Positions 1-9,290 are shown, counted from the stretch's first letter. The stretch is DNA of 64,000 nucleotides from Thermoanaerobaculia bacterium (GCA_018057705.1 JAGPDF010000007.1:1125-65124); one strand, 5' to 3'. Numbers and translations: made by a program. The notes: a model not told the origin generated them from the letters alone.

Positions 1-208
1 CAACGAGAAAGAGCTCGCGATCGGCCGGCACGACGGCGGAGGTAACCACGTCCCACACGAAGAAGTCGTGGAAGATCTCCCAGAAGGTCGAGCCCCCGTC
101 GCCGAAGCCGGCATCGAGATCGCCCTCGGCGGCGGCCGCCGGCAGGGGCGGCAGGAACATCGCTGCAACGAGCGAGAAAGTCAGCAGAAGGGGCGAAAAG
201 CGGCGCAT
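1..208 (-). CDS. Partial CDS running off the window's 5' edge. Only the N-terminal ~69 aa of a secreted protein are present (MRRFSPLLLTFSLVAAMFLPPLPAAAAEGDLDAGFGDGG...).
   Basis: Reverse-strand ATG at 206-208 preceded by GGAGAGGAG; signal-peptide-like N-terminus; no stop before the window edge. Absent from the ORF track because it is partial. Confidence 0.4.
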   Translation of the reverse strand, partial: MRRFSPLLLTFSLVAAMFLPPLPAAAAEGDLDAGFGDGGSTFWEIFHDFFVWDVVTSAVVPADRELFLV

Positions 209-473
209 GAAGACTCCTCTCCCCTGACAACCGTCAGAATCCGGAACGGGGGGACACGCGGGAGGCGACGCCGGCCGGGAAGGCGCCATCGCTCTGGTCA
301 CCGGAAAGTCGGGATACTTCATGAACTGGTACGCCGAGGCAGGGCGCGGCGAAGGGTTCGAGCTCCACGTCCTGGTGCTCGGCATGGTGCTCGCGATCGC
401 CTGGCGCGGCGGCGGGAGCGGATCGGTCGATCGGTGGCTCCTCGCGCGGCTGGACCGGCGCCGACCAGGAGGA

Positions 474-2003
474 CTAGGGACTCTGCACGGATGACCAGGC
501 GGAGGTCGTTCCCGACGCGAAGCCGTCGCTCCACAGGCCGTCGGGCACGAGGGCGTCGGCCACTCCGTTGATGTACTCCTCGATCGCCGTCCAGCCGGAC
601 GGCATCACCGTCGAGTGGTCGGCTCCGTTCGCCGGGTTCAGACCGTGGGTGAGCTCCCAGGCGTCGGCCATGCCATCGGCGTCGTTGTCGACCGGCGGCG
701 TGCCGGGGGTCAGGCCGTCGAGCCAGTTCGCGGGGCGGCGATTACCCCACGCGCCGGTGCGGGTGGCGACGTCCTCCACCGCCCACCGGTTGACGATGTC
801 GCGCGGGAAACTGCCCACCTTTTCCAGCAGGCCGCTCACCAAAGGGCTCCCGGAGCCGACGCCGATCGGCACGTAGCCGGCGAACGAAGAGAAGTCGAAG
901 GGGCCCGGCGAGGTGAACTGGCTGGCGGCGACGCCGCAGCAGTAGAAGCCGTAGGCGGCTTCGAAGCCCGGCGTGGTGAACGGATTGTCGAAGCGGCCGT
1001 TGAAGTCGCCCGGATCCTCCACCCAGTTGTCCCACGAGTAGTAGCGCGTGGGGATCGGCGGCGACGGGTTTTCGGGGTCGATCCAGAGCGGGACGAGCGC
1101 CGCCGAGGGCCCGTCGATGTACCAGTTCCCGATCAGGTTGAAATCGCCGATCGCGGTCGCGCTGGTGCTGGCCGCGCCCACGAGGTTGTGGTGCACGAAG
1201 CCCTCTCGCCCGTTGTAGACCACGTTGTTGACGACGTCCGCCGGACCGGTCGAGAGCGCCGGCGTGCGGTTGCGGGCGTGGGCGAAGAGATTGTGGTGGA
1301 TCGAAATCCGGCCGCCGAGAGGGTCGGAGGCTCCGCAGCTCGCGTCGTCGATGCAGGCGCGGTGGTTGATGATCCCGCAGTTGTGGGTCCAGCCGTTGCC
1401 CGGGTCGTAGATCGGATAGGTGATCGCCGACCACTGCAGCGTGACGTCGTAGGCGCCGCCCCAGGCGTCGATCGTCTCGTCGGCGCCGTGCGAGGCGTCG
1501 ACGTGGTCGAGGATGAAGGTATGGGCGGTCGAGAACTGGATCGAGTCGTGCTGCGACGCAGGCCAGTCGCCGCCCGGGTCCGGCGGTCGGACGCGCAGGT
1601 GCCGGAGGATCATGTTGTTCGTCGGGTCGCCAAAGTCGGTGTAGAGGTGCCCGAGGATCGTGATCCCGGCGCCGGTCGCCGTCTGACCGGCGATCGTGAC
1701 GTCGCCGTGGGGAATGCGGACGTCGCCCTGGATCAGGCCGGAGACCCGGAAGACGATGATTCGCGGCCCCGCCTGGTCGAGCGCCCACTGCAGGCTGCCG
1801 GAACCCGAGGTGTTGAGGTTCGTGACCCGCAACACCTGGCCACCGCGACCGCCGGTCGCTTTGGCGCCGAATCCCTGGGCGCCGGGGAAGGCCTGAAGGT
1901 CGCCCGCGTGCGCCGGGGCCGCCGGAGCCACCGGAGCCACCGGAGCCACGCCCAACGCCAGCGATGCGATGACGGCTCCGAGTGATGAGGTGATCTTTTT
2001 CAT
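474..2003 (-). CDS. Secreted pectate lyase-like right-handed beta-helix enzyme (PL1 / Pec_lyase_C-like). It carries a C-terminal Ca-binding TSP3-like motif (DNDADGMADAWE) and the conserved C-terminal tail ...LWSDGFASGTTSAWSSVQSP.
   Basis: Signal peptide MKKITSSLGAVIASLALG; N-terminal AFPGAQGFGAKATGGRGGQVLRVTNLNTSGSGSLQWALDQAGPRIIVF matches the pectate lyase / Amb allergen signature; HHN...RNRTP...VVNNVVYN core motifs. Confidence 0.75.
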   Translation of the reverse strand: MKKITSSLGAVIASLALGVAPVAPVAPAAPAHAGDLQAFPGAQGFGAKATGGRGGQVLRVTNLNTSGSGSLQWALDQAGPRIIVFRVSGLIQGDVRIPHGDVTIAGQTATGAGITILGHLYTDFGDPTNNMILRHLRVRPPDPGGDWPASQHDSIQFSTAHTFILDHVDASHGADETIDAWGGAYDVTLQWSAITYPIYDPGNGWTHNCGIINHRACIDDASCGASDPLGGRISIHHNLFAHARNRTPALSTGPADVVNNVVYNGREGFVHHNLVGAASTSATAIGDFNLIGNWYIDGPSAALVPLWIDPENPSPPIPTRYYSWDNWVEDPGDFNGRFDNPFTTPGFEAAYGFYCCGVAASQFTSPGPFDFSSFAGYVPIGVGSGSPLVSGLLEKVGSFPRDIVNRWAVEDVATRTGAWGNRRPANWLDGLTPGTPPVDNDADGMADAWELTHGLNPANGADHSTVMPSGWTAIEEYINGVADALVPDGLWSDGFASGTTSAWSSVQSP

Positions 2004-2092
2004 GTGCGGCGCGAGGCTAGCACGCGCTCGCGCAGGCGATATTCAGTGCTCCACAGACGAAAGCCGCAGGCGAATCGAGCACGCGGGGCCGG

Positions 2093-3196
2093 TCAGGTGG
2101 CAGCGACCTGTTCCGACTCGTCTTCGGCCTCGAGCGTCGGCGGCAGTCCGAAGGCGGCGAAGAGGTCGGGTCCGAAGGTGAGGATCTCTGCGATCGCCCC
2201 CTCCTCGATCCGCAGCACGTCCATCGCCAGCGCGTTCCAGGCGGGGTCGCCGGCGCGCCGGACGAAGGCCGCCACCGCCGGCAGTCCGTTGGCGCGCGTC
2301 GTCACGCAGCGCAGACGCCCGAACGCCTCCGTGCCGAATCCGGCGTCGACGAACATGCGGAGGATCGCGTCGCGGCCGGCGACGACCCCCACGTCCGGAT
2401 CCGGCGGCATCCGGAACAGCGCGTCCTCGCGGATCAGCGAGACGAGCATCGAAACGTCGGGCCGCTCGGCGGCCTCGACGTAGCGTCGCACCAGCTCGCG
2501 CTCGCCGTCCCCGGCGTCGACACCGGCCGGCCACGCCGGCCGGCGCGGTGGGAGCTCCTTCCGCAGCGTCGCGCGCGCCCGCTGCAGCGCGCTGTTCGCG
2601 GCGGCGACGGAGAGCTCGAGCAGATCGGCCGACTCCTTCGCGGACCAGCCGAGGACGTCGCGCAGGATCAGCGTCGCCCGTTGCAACGGAGGGAGCCGTT
2701 GGATCACGGTGAGGAAGGCGATCTCGATCGTCTCGCGGGTGAGTGCGAGGGCTTCGGGCTCCGAGTCGCGCGGCGCTATCGGATCGAGCGGTTCGAGAAG
2801 TGCGTCCGGGAACGGCTGGAGCCAGGCGATATCGGCAAGCGGGCCGGCGCCAGAAGCTCCGACTTCGGAGGAGGCCGCCAGCGCGGTTCTCCGGGGATCG
2901 CGTGCGATCGCGTCGAGGCAGGCGTTCGTGGCGATCCGGTAGAGCCAGGGGCGGAGCGGCAGGCCCTCCTTGACGCTCTCCCGATAACGCCAGGCGCGCA
3001 GGAACGTCTCCTGCACCGCGTCCTCGGCGTCAGAGAGAGAGCCGAGCATCCGATAGCAATGGACGAGCAGCTCGCGGCGGCGGCGCTCGACGAGCGCCGT
3101 GAAGGCCGTGGCGTCGCCGCTGCGGACGGCGCCCCCCAGCGCCGCGGTTTCGTCCGTCTCGTTCGGGGTCGTCTTTTCGTTCATTGCGCTTCCCAT
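2093..3196 (-). CDS. ECF-type RNA polymerase sigma factor with a ~170-aa C-terminal SnoaL/NTF2-like extension (ECF41/ECF56-like architecture).
   Basis: Region 2 ([17 protein letters not shown]...[17 protein letters not shown]) and region 4 ([39 protein letters not shown]); GGGAGGA RBS 5 nt upstream of the ATG at 3196; no adjacent anti-sigma gene. Confidence 0.85.
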   Translation of the reverse strand: MGSAMNEKTTPNETDETAALGGAVRSGDATAFTALVERRRRELLVHCYRMLGSLSDAEDAVQETFLRAWRYRESVKEGLPLRPWLYRIATNACLDAIARDPRRTALAASSEVGASGAGPLADIAWLQPFPDALLEPLDPIAPRDSEPEALALTRETIEIAFLTVIQRLPPLQRATLILRDVLGWSAKESADLLELSVAAANSALQRARATLRKELPPRRPAWPAGVDAGDGERELVRRYVEAAERPDVSMLVSLIREDALFRMPPDPDVGVVAGRDAILRMFVDAGFGTEAFGRLRCVTTRANGLPAVAAFVRRAGDPAWNALAMDVLRIEEGAIAEILTFGPDLFAAFGLPPTLEAEDESEQVAAT

Positions 3197-3326
3197 TCTG
3201 TCCTCCCACGGCCCGGTGATCTACCTACGAGAGCTGATACCGCGAAAACCCTCGAAACTCATCGCCCGCACCGGGGAGCCGAAACTCCCGGTAGGCTCCG
3301 TCGCAGACAGGAAGGAGATCTCTCCG

Positions 3327-4028
3327 ATGACCGTTACCGAAGTCCTCGCGCTGCTCCACGCCGAACGAGACGAACGGGGCATGACGCACTGGGAGAAGCT
3401 GGGCTCGAGAACCGCGGGGATGAAGAGCTACGGCATCGGGCTCTCCCGGCTGCGCAAGCTGGCCAAGAAGATCGGACGCGATCGCGAGCTCGCGAAGGCG
3501 CTCTGGAGATCCGACGCCTACGACGCCAGGGTGATCGCGCTTCTGGTCGACGATCCCGCGCGCATCACACGGGAGCAGGCCGAGGAACAGGTCGAAGAGC
3601 TGGCCGGCGGCATGCTGGCGCACGTGTTCGCTTCGTGCGACGCGACGCTCGCGAAGTCGCCGTTCGCCGTCGAACTGGCCGACCAGTGGGTTCGGAGCGA
3701 AGACCCCGTGCGTCGCGATTGCGGCTATGGGCTGCTCTACGAGGCGTCCAAGCTCACCGGCAAGAAGGCGCCGACCGAGGCGTTCTTCCTCGCCCATGTC
3801 GAGCGCATCTCGATGCGGATCGCGACCGAACCGGAGAGTGTCCGCCTGGCTATGGGAGCGGCGCTGATGGGGATCGGCAAGCGGAGTGCCGTGTTGAACG
3901 CGGCGGCGCTTGCGGTCGCGCGCGCCGTGGGCCCGATCGAGTTCAGCTCCGCGAGCGGCGACTGCGAGCCGTTCGACGTTGTCAAGCATCTGACCAGCGA
4001 CCGGCTCAAAGAGAAGCTGGGGGTGTAG
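3327..4028 (+). CDS. alkD: DNA alkylation repair glycosylase (AlkD/AlkC-like HEAT-repeat protein).
   Basis: [72 protein letters not shown] is typical of the DNA_alkylation family; ATG at 3327 follows AGGAAGGAG; divergent from the sigma gene. Confidence 0.7.
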   Translation: MTVTEVLALLHAERDERGMTHWEKLGSRTAGMKSYGIGLSRLRKLAKKIGRDRELAKALWRSDAYDARVIALLVDDPARITREQAEEQVEELAGGMLAHVFASCDATLAKSPFAVELADQWVRSEDPVRRDCGYGLLYEASKLTGKKAPTEAFFLAHVERISMRIATEPESVRLAMGAALMGIGKRSAVLNAAALAVARAVGPIEFSSASGDCEPFDVVKHLTSDRLKEKLGV

Positions 4029-4288
4029 GGTCTGTTCGCCAACCTCACTGCGAGCGACGAGCTCCGCGGCTGGACGAACGCCGCGAGCAGGCGAGCCGCC
4101 ATGACCGCCGGGGGCGTCATGCACCTGGCGACGTCCCGGGCCTCGAGGGCGGCGAGCCGGTGGTCCGGCTCCTCCAGCTGCGAGGAATTTTCTCCAGGCA
4201 TAGAATCGCGTCGCCAGATCGGGGGCCCGTCGCGCTGCAAGTGGCGTCTGCGACCGAAGGGCCGCCCACAACTGAGCGAGGTGAGGCG

Positions 4289-4681
4289 ATGAAGCTGGAC
4301 CGGGTCTTCGCAATCAGGTTCGGCAGCGTCTACCCGCACTACGTTCAGAAGGCGGAGAAGAAGGACCGGACGAAGGAGGAGCTCGATCAGGTCCTCCGGT
4401 GGCTGACCGGCTACAGCCAGAAGCAGCTCGAAGAGCAGATCGAGCGCGGCGCAAGCCTCGAGATCTTCTTCGCCGAGGCTCCGGCCTTGCACCCGAACAG
4501 CTCGCTCATCCGCGGCGTCGTCTGCGGCATCCGCGTGGAGGATATCGAGGATCCCCTGATGCGGAAGATCCGCTACATGGACAAGCTGGTCGACGAGCTC
4601 GCCAAGGGAAAGGCGATGGAGAAGATCCTGCGGACGACCGGCGTGGGAGAGAGCGCGACGAAGGAGGTCACGACCCCATGA
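4289..4681 (+). CDS. Small conserved hypothetical protein (DUF2200-like), 130 aa.
   Basis: In-frame ATG at 4289 after GAGGTGAGG; well-conserved-looking globular sequence ([42 protein letters not shown]...); it is the tail of the artefactual 666-aa ORF 2681..4681. Confidence 0.5.
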   Translation: MKLDRVFAIRFGSVYPHYVQKAEKKDRTKEELDQVLRWLTGYSQKQLEEQIERGASLEIFFAEAPALHPNSSLIRGVVCGIRVEDIEDPLMRKIRYMDKLVDELAKGKAMEKILRTTGVGESATKEVTTP

Positions 4682-4691
4682 GAGGAAGGAG

Positions 4692-6065
4692 ATGAGAGGT
4701 GGTTCGACTCGGGGGCGGCGATCCGCTACGACTCGCCTCGTACGGTGGGCCCTGGGGCTGCTGAGCGGCCTCTCTCCAGCGACCGCCCAGGTCTCGCCCG
4801 CTGACGAGCAGTTCCAGGTCAACCTCTTCACTACCAGCTACCAGGCGGTTCCCGAAGTCGCCAGCGACGGCTCGGGAAGGTTCGTCGTCGTCTGGGACAG
4901 CTACGGCTCGACTGGAGGGGATTCGAGCTCCTTCAGCATCCAGGCTCGGCGATTCGCTGCGGACGGCAGTCCCCTGGGCGGACAGTTCCAGATCAACTTC
5001 CACACCACCCTCGCGCAGGAGCATCCGAGCGTCGCGAGCGACAGCGACGGCAACTTCGTGGTCGTCTGGGACAGCAACAGCTCGACCGGGACCGATACCG
5101 ACGGACGGAGCGTGCACGGGCAGCGCTTCGGCGCGAATGGCGCGACGCTCGGCCCGCAGTTCCAGGTCAACCTCGTCACCTCGGGCACGCAAGCGAGCGC
5201 CGCCGTCGCGCGACACTCCCAGGGCAGCTTCGTCATCGTCTGGGAGAGCGCCAGTTCGTTCGGCACGGATACCACCGGTTACAGCATTCAGGCGCAGCGC
5301 TATTCCACCGCGGGAACGCCGCTCGGCGACCCGTTCCAGGTCAACTCCTACACGGCGGGAGACCAGCTCGCTCCCGACGTCGCGATCGACGGGCTCGGGA
5401 ACTTCGTCATCGCCTGGGCGAGCTATGGATCGGGCGGTGACGACACGAGCGGGGACAGCATCCAGGCGCGGCGCTTCGCCCCGGACGGCACGCCACTCGC
5501 TGAGGATTTCCAGGTCAACTCCTACACCACCGGCGTGCAGGGCCAGGCCGCCGTCAGCAGCGATGGCCTGGGAAACTTCGTGGTCGTCTGGACGAGCTCC
5601 GGCTCCGGCGGCACCGATACGTCGGAGTTCAGTGTTCAGGCGCAGCGTTTTGACGCCGTCGGCGACCCGCTCGGCGAAGAGTTTCAGGTCAACAGCCACA
5701 CTCCGAACAAGCAGCTCACGCCCGCCATCGCGAGCGACGCCGGCGGAAACCTCGTCATCGTCTGGGCGAGCGACAGCTCCGAGGGCGGCGACACGAATCT
5801 CCAGAGCATCCAGGCCCGGCGCTACGCGGCGAACGGCACCGCGCTCGACGATCAGTTCCAGGTCAACACCTACACGACCCAGCGCCAATGGACGCCCGCC
5901 GTCTCGAGCGACCCGCGCGGCAACTGGGTCGTCGCCTGGGACAGCACCGGCTCGAGCGGCACCGACACGGCCGGATCCAGCATCCAGGCGCAGCGCTACG
6001 ACGGGCTATTCCGCGATGACTTCGAAACCGGCGGCACCCTCCGCTGGTCTGCCAGCGCCCCCTAG
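4692..6065 (+). CDS. Secreted tandem-repeat protein: 7 x 58-aa repeats (likely a 7-bladed beta-propeller) followed by the conserved C-terminal tail ...LFRDDFETGGTLRWSASAP.
   Basis: Strong RBS AGAGGAAGGAG before the ATG at 4692. N-terminus has an RR-containing signal. Repeats of consensus [QE]FQVN.YTTG.Q..P.VA.D..GNFVVVW.S.GS.G.DT.G.SIQAQRF.A.G.PLG., exactly 174 nt apart. Confidence 0.75.
   Translation: MRGGSTRGRRSATTRLVRWALGLLSGLSPATAQVSPADEQFQVNLFTTSYQAVPEVASDGSGRFVVVWDSYGSTGGDSSSFSIQARRFAADGSPLGGQFQINFHTTLAQEHPSVASDSDGNFVVVWDSNSSTGTDTDGRSVHGQRFGANGATLGPQFQVNLVTSGTQASAAVARHSQGSFVIVWESASSFGTDTTGYSIQAQRYSTAGTPLGDPFQVNSYTAGDQLAPDVAIDGLGNFVIAWASYGSGGDDTSGDSIQARRFAPDGTPLAEDFQVNSYTTGVQGQAAVSSDGLGNFVVVWTSSGSGGTDTSEFSVQAQRFDAVGDPLGEEFQVNSHTPNKQLTPAIASDAGGNLVIVWASDSSEGGDTNLQSIQARRYAANGTALDDQFQVNTYTTQRQWTPAVSSDPRGNWVVAWDSTGSSGTDTAGSSIQAQRYDGLFRDDFETGGTLRWSASAP
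4809..6026 (+). repeat. Seven in-frame tandem coding repeats of 174 nt (58 aa) inside CDS 4692..6065.
   Basis: QFQVN/QFQIN/PFQVN/DFQVN/EFQVN repeat starts at 4809, 4983, 5157, 5331, 5505, 5679 and 5853. Confidence 0.8.
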
Positions 6066-6234
6066 GAGCCCGCGCGGTCCGGCGAGGCGCGACGCGAGGT
6101 GCTAACGCGAGGTGCCCGACTTCCGTCCCCGATGTCGAATTCTCGTCCGCCCGTTCGTCGAAGGTAGGAAGCCCGAGCGGCTCCCCACCCCCCTTGGGTG
6201 GGCGGCTCCGCCGGAATCCAACCCAGGAGGCACC

Positions 6235-6663
6235 ATGCGAGTGATGGTGATCGTGAAGGCGACGAAGGAGTCCGAGGAAGCGAACAGCCCTGTCGATGCG
6301 GAAGGCGCCGCGGCGATGTTCGAGGCGATGGGGAAGTACAACGAGGAGTTGATCCAGGCGGGGATCCTGCTCACCGGAGACGGGCTTCGACCGAGCAAGT
6401 TCGGGAGGCGGATCCACTTCAGCGGCACGAAGCGGTCGGTGACCGACGGCCCCTTCGCCGAGACCCGGGAGCTCGTGGCCGGGTTCTGGATCTGGCAGGT
6501 GCGCTCGATGGATGAGGCAGTCGAGTGGGCGAAGCGCTGCCCGAACCCGATGCCGGGGCCGAGCGACCTGGAGATCCGGCCCTTCTGGGAGGCCGAGGAC
6601 TTCGGGCCCGAGATCGCCGCAGAGGTCAACGCCCAGCGCGAGAAGCTCGGCAAGCGGAGCTGA
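6235..6663 (+). CDS. YciI-like / DGPF-domain protein (142 aa).
   Basis: Perfect RBS AGGAGG 5 nt before the ATG at 6235; ...YNEELIQAGILLTGDGLRPS...VTDGPFAETRELVAGFWIWQVRSMDEAVEWAKRCP is typical of the YCII-related family. Confidence 0.75.
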   Translation: MRVMVIVKATKESEEANSPVDAEGAAAMFEAMGKYNEELIQAGILLTGDGLRPSKFGRRIHFSGTKRSVTDGPFAETRELVAGFWIWQVRSMDEAVEWAKRCPNPMPGPSDLEIRPFWEAEDFGPEIAAEVNAQREKLGKRS

Positions 6664-6702
6664 CCAGTCGCTCGGCACGAGTGAGTTATACGCTAGGCAT
6701 GC

Positions 6703-7701
6703 TCACCGTGCGTATAAGCGAGTCGAGAGCCGCCGCCAACGAATGCCGGGGGCCCGGTCGAGAGCGTAGTGAAACTCGATCACCTCGCCGCTCCGCGCGG
6801 GCGAGAGTGGCCAGAGGATTTCGGGGACCGTCAGTCCGGAGTCATATTCGCGCAGCGCCAACTGGCCAAATACGTCGATTCGCGTGGTCAGGGCGACCCA
6901 GCGTGGGCGCTCCCCCGCCTGCTCGGGAAGGGTCACCGCAAGAGGTTCGGAACAGCCGTCCAGGTCGAGAGGCGGGAGCTCGCCGTGTGCGGTGACCTCG
7001 AACAGCTTCCCGAGACTCCAGTGCTCTTGCGCTGATACCCGGCCACTCCAGCGCGCCCGCTCGACGGGCGCGTCGATCAGCACGACCTCCACGGTCACGC
7101 GTTCGGGCACCAGGAGACCGCCGGGCGCCAGTTGACGTCGGAGGTTCCGAACAATCCCGACGAAGGGCTCGACAGCGAGGGAACGCTGCAGCGTCTCCGT
7201 CACCACCAGGTGAATCGGCGCCGGATGGCTGTAGCTCGAGGCGTCGCTGCACGCGACTCGCCGGGTTCGCGGTCCGAGGTCGAGGCGTTCTGTCAGTGAG
7301 ACCACGGAGTCGACCGCTACCTGGTGCACGTCGAGGAAGGTAAAGAGAACATCGCCAAGCGGTCGCGTCGTCATCAGCGGCAGCGCGAGGGGGGCGAACG
7401 GCCCCGTGCCGGCGTAGAGCACCTCGAGCACGCCTTGCGGGAAGCGTCGCCTCGCAGCGTCCAGCGCCAGAGCCACGCCGCGAACGAACGCCACCGTGCG
7501 ATGCGTGTCGAGAATGCACCGCGCTGCGGCCTCCGGTGGGAGCGCGAGGCCGGTCGGCAGTTGAATGGCCTCGCCCCGGGTCGCATCCAGTCGCACTGTG
7601 GTTGCAAACCAGTTGTAGAGGTCGGCACAGGTCTGCACGAGACCGTCCGCCGGGGTCGACTCGTCGAGGAGGCGCTGCGTCAGTCGCCGGAGTGCTTGCA
7701 C
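6703..7701 (-). CDS. Predicted class I SAM-dependent methyltransferase-like protein (PRMT-like fold); function unknown.
   Basis: Motif I-like VLEVLYAGTGPFAPLALP and post-II-like LAPGGLLVP; no other recognisable signature. Confidence 0.4.
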   Translation of the reverse strand: MQALRRLTQRLLDESTPADGLVQTCADLYNWFATTVRLDATRGEAIQLPTGLALPPEAAARCILDTHRTVAFVRGVALALDAARRRFPQGVLEVLYAGTGPFAPLALPLMTTRPLGDVLFTFLDVHQVAVDSVVSLTERLDLGPRTRRVACSDASSYSHPAPIHLVVTETLQRSLAVEPFVGIVRNLRRQLAPGGLLVPERVTVEVVLIDAPVERARWSGRVSAQEHWSLGKLFEVTAHGELPPLDLDGCSEPLAVTLPEQAGERPRWVALTTRIDVFGQLALREYDSGLTVPEILWPLSPARSGEVIEFHYALDRAPGIRWRRLSTRLYAR

Positions 7702-7788
7702 GCGGAGAGATCAGCGTAACATGCGGCTGGCAGCCACCTGCTGGTCTGCCCAATCGGCCTCGGAACTCTCCCCGGGAGGACGGACTTC

Positions 7789-8160
7789 ATGCCTCATTGC
7801 ATCCTCGAATACTCCGGCAACGCGCTCGACGAGCCCGATTGGGCAGCGACTCTGACGGCCCTTCACGAGGTGCTGGCGGCGACGGGCCTTTTCGTCCTCG
7901 ACGACATCAAGAGCCGGGTCGTAAGACACGACGACTTCCGGGTGGGGGAGGGTCGAGGCGATCGCGCTTTCGTGGCGCTGGAGATCCAGATTCTCTCCGG
8001 CCGGCCGGACGAGGTGAAGGGGGGGATCTGCGATGCCGCGCTGCAGGTGCTCGTCCGCGCCTTTCCCCGAACGGTGGAGCGCCTGACCACCAGCGTCACG
8101 GTGCAGATCAGCGACATCCATCGACCGAGCTATCGCCGCGAGATCCGCTCCCGGGGCTGA
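7789..8160 (+). CDS. 5-carboxymethyl-2-hydroxymuconate isomerase family protein (CHMI).
   Basis: Characteristic N-terminus MPHCILEYS; ~120 aa; GGGAGGA RBS 8 nt upstream. Confidence 0.7.
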   Translation: MPHCILEYSGNALDEPDWAATLTALHEVLAATGLFVLDDIKSRVVRHDDFRVGEGRGDRAFVALEIQILSGRPDEVKGGICDAALQVLVRAFPRTVERLTTSVTVQISDIHRPSYRREIRSRG

Positions 8161-8216
8161 CTGCGCCACTCGACCGCCACCGGCCAGCCCGCCCGCCGCC
8201 TGAAGAACGCGCTGGA

Positions 8217-9290
8217 TCAGCGGGTCGTGCTGCCGAGCTCCTCGGCGAGGAGCGAGCAGCCCCGCAGGTCGGCTTCCGGGGCGCGGCCGGCGAGACGGAA
8301 GCCGGGGCCGGCGAGGGAGCCGAGGTCTTCGGTGAGCAGGTGCAGCGCCGAGCCGACGTTGGCGAGGTCGAAGAAGGCGAGGAGACCGGTCGCACCGGGC
8401 GGGAGCTCGCGGAGGGTGACTGGATCGAGGACGCGGACCTTCATCCAGTGCGGCGGAACGAAGATTCCCGGGTCGCCGCCGGTGAGCGTGGCGGTGTAGC
8501 ACTGGCTGGTGAGCTCGGTCATGCCGTACTCGCCGACGATCGACTCCGGCGCGATGAACAGCTGCTCTTCGAGCTGGCGGTGGAGCTCTTCGCGTGCGAG
8601 CTCGCGCGCCCGGCCCTTGAAGCCGCCGGTCTCGAAGACCGCCGAGCCCGAAGGCAGGCGAAACCTGAGACCGATACGGCCGAGGAAGTCGAGGAGGTCG
8701 GCGAGCGCGAACGACGTCGTGAGAATCAGCACCGGCCGCCCCTCGCGCTGGCGGGCGCCGAACCAGGAGCGCGTCTTCGCCCCCTCGACGCCGCGCTCAC
8801 CGAAGGCCGAATCGCTCCCGGGTCCGCCGAAGCGCTGCAGCAGGTGGTCGACCATGAAGCCCAAGCTCGAGTCGGGCGCGACAGCGCGCGGCGGCACGAG
8901 TGCGAGCATCGCCGGAAGGTCCTGGGGCCGATCGCCGCGCGGCAGGCAGAAGCGCGGGAAGGACGCATCGATCGCGGCGCGGTAGAGCTCGGGGAAGGGG
9001 TGGGTGTGCACGCTCCGCGTCTCGCCCAGCGTGCCGCTCGAGCGAAACGTCTCCTGCGGCGGATCGGTGGCGAGCTCGACGGTCGCGAACGCCGTCGCGG
9101 GAATCATCGGCACGTCGCGCCACGAGGCCACCGTCGCCGGCGTCCGGCCGGCGCGTTCGCACATCGCGCGATAGGCGGGAAGGCGGTCGAACTGGTAGGC
9201 GAAGCCGTCCAGCGCCAGGCCTTCGAAGTCGGCCGCGGACGAAGCGTGCGGGGGCAGGCGAAGAAGACTGGAGATCCGTTCGACGATCAC
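8217..9290 (-). CDS. Acyl-protein synthetase (LuxE-like) / adenylate-forming enzyme family protein.
   Basis: GTG start; sequence resembles LuxE/PaaK-like acyl-adenylate ligases (…ESIVGEYGMTELTSQCY…GATGLLAFFDLANVGS…). Confidence 0.55.
   Translation of the reverse strand: MIVERISSLLRLPPHASSAADFEGLALDGFAYQFDRLPAYRAMCERAGRTPATVASWRDVPMIPATAFATVELATDPPQETFRSSGTLGETRSVHTHPFPELYRAAIDASFPRFCLPRGDRPQDLPAMLALVPPRAVAPDSSLGFMVDHLLQRFGGPGSDSAFGERGVEGAKTRSWFGARQREGRPVLILTTSFALADLLDFLGRIGLRFRLPSGSAVFETGGFKGRARELAREELHRQLEEQLFIAPESIVGEYGMTELTSQCYTATLTGGDPGIFVPPHWMKVRVLDPVTLRELPPGATGLLAFFDLANVGSALHLLTEDLGSLAGPGFRLAGRAPEADLRGCSLLAEELGSTTR

Noticed and set aside
474-536. Possibility that the conserved C-terminal tails are truncated N-terminal strands of a CBM/jelly-roll domain continued by stop-codon readthrough or frameshift.
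   Set aside because: I translated past the pectate lyase stop (TAG at 474-476): the next 90 codons are low-complexity with no domain character. Four independent genes end at the equivalent position, so a genuine tail is more parsimonious.
615-1985. Long ORFs antisense or out of frame to real genes (e.g. 615..1985 +, 742..1788 -, 2681..4681 +, 5137..6105 +, 11059..13788 +, 18160..19416 -, 21650..24967 +, 44152..45417 -, 48982..51255 -).
   Set aside because: High GC suppresses stop codons in all frames. These translate to Arg/Ala/Pro/Gly-rich low-complexity sequence without motifs, and they overlap convincingly annotated genes on the other strand or frame.
2681-4681. 666-aa ORF spanning the sigma/alkD intergenic region through to 4681.
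   Set aside because: Only the last 130 codons (4289..4681, DUF2200-like) look like a real protein. The upstream part overlaps alkD in another frame and is low-complexity.
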